A stretch of DNA of 57,334 bases, taken from the NCBI GenBank assembly GCA_963575745.1, contig CAUYUJ010000036.1, forward strand, positions 62,001-119,334, read 5' to 3'. The notes under the pieces were generated by a model. The model saw only the letters and a program-made list of their open reading frames with translations, made no database searches and was not told where the DNA came from. The stretch comes from Prorocentrum cordatum. Its lineage: Eukaryota. Positions 57,189-57,334 of this stretch are shown here, in pieces (the first letter of the stretch is position 1; the number at the start of each line of letters is the position of its first letter). The position numbers and the translations under genes were made by a program.

Positions 57189-57248
57189 CAATACCGCTGC
57201 GTTTTCGTGGAAGACCCTCGTCTCTACTGCTGCATTGGCCACGGAGTC
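57189..57248 (-). CDS. 60-nt exon (DSVANAAVETRVFHENAAVL) upstream of the Ala/Glu-rich exon
   Basis: CCAG|G acceptor and TTG|GTATG donor; phase 0 joins in frame to 56796. Confidence 0.65.
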
Positions 57249-57302
57249 CTGGTCAGAACTCAAGCCAGGAGAGGTCCGCTGAGTAGCGGCATCAGCGTAT
57301 GC

Positions 57303-57334
<32 letters not shown>

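Overview
GC-rich eukaryotic genomic DNA dominated by repeats, with one 100-N scaffold gap (19258-19357). The mix of kilobase trinucleotide tracts, short exons with AG|G acceptors and GT/GC/GA donors, and decayed LINEs suggests a dinoflagellate (inference, not a database result). Almost all ORFs in the supplied track are artefacts of microsatellites or high GC. Supportable content: (1) a degenerate ~6.2 kb APE-RT-zinc finger-RNase H non-LTR retrotransposon (36433-42603) with an RTE-like LINE nested in its RNase H domain, sitting at the end of a ~650-bp-unit tandem array; (2) two more LINE remnants; (3) many non-autonomous DNA elements, including a ~185 bp CCC...GGG MITE family with 2-bp target duplications, a second CCC-ended MITE, a 1.09 kb TIR element with an 8-bp TSD, and a 1.28 kb element with Helitron-type ends; (4) two convincing minus-strand exons of an Ala/Glu-rich protein at the right end, missed by the ORF track, plus scattered candidate minus-strand micro-exons. 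I found no intact transposase, RNA gene, CRISPR array or new enzymatic system. The most novel-looking signals are the transposon families and how they interact with microsatellites.
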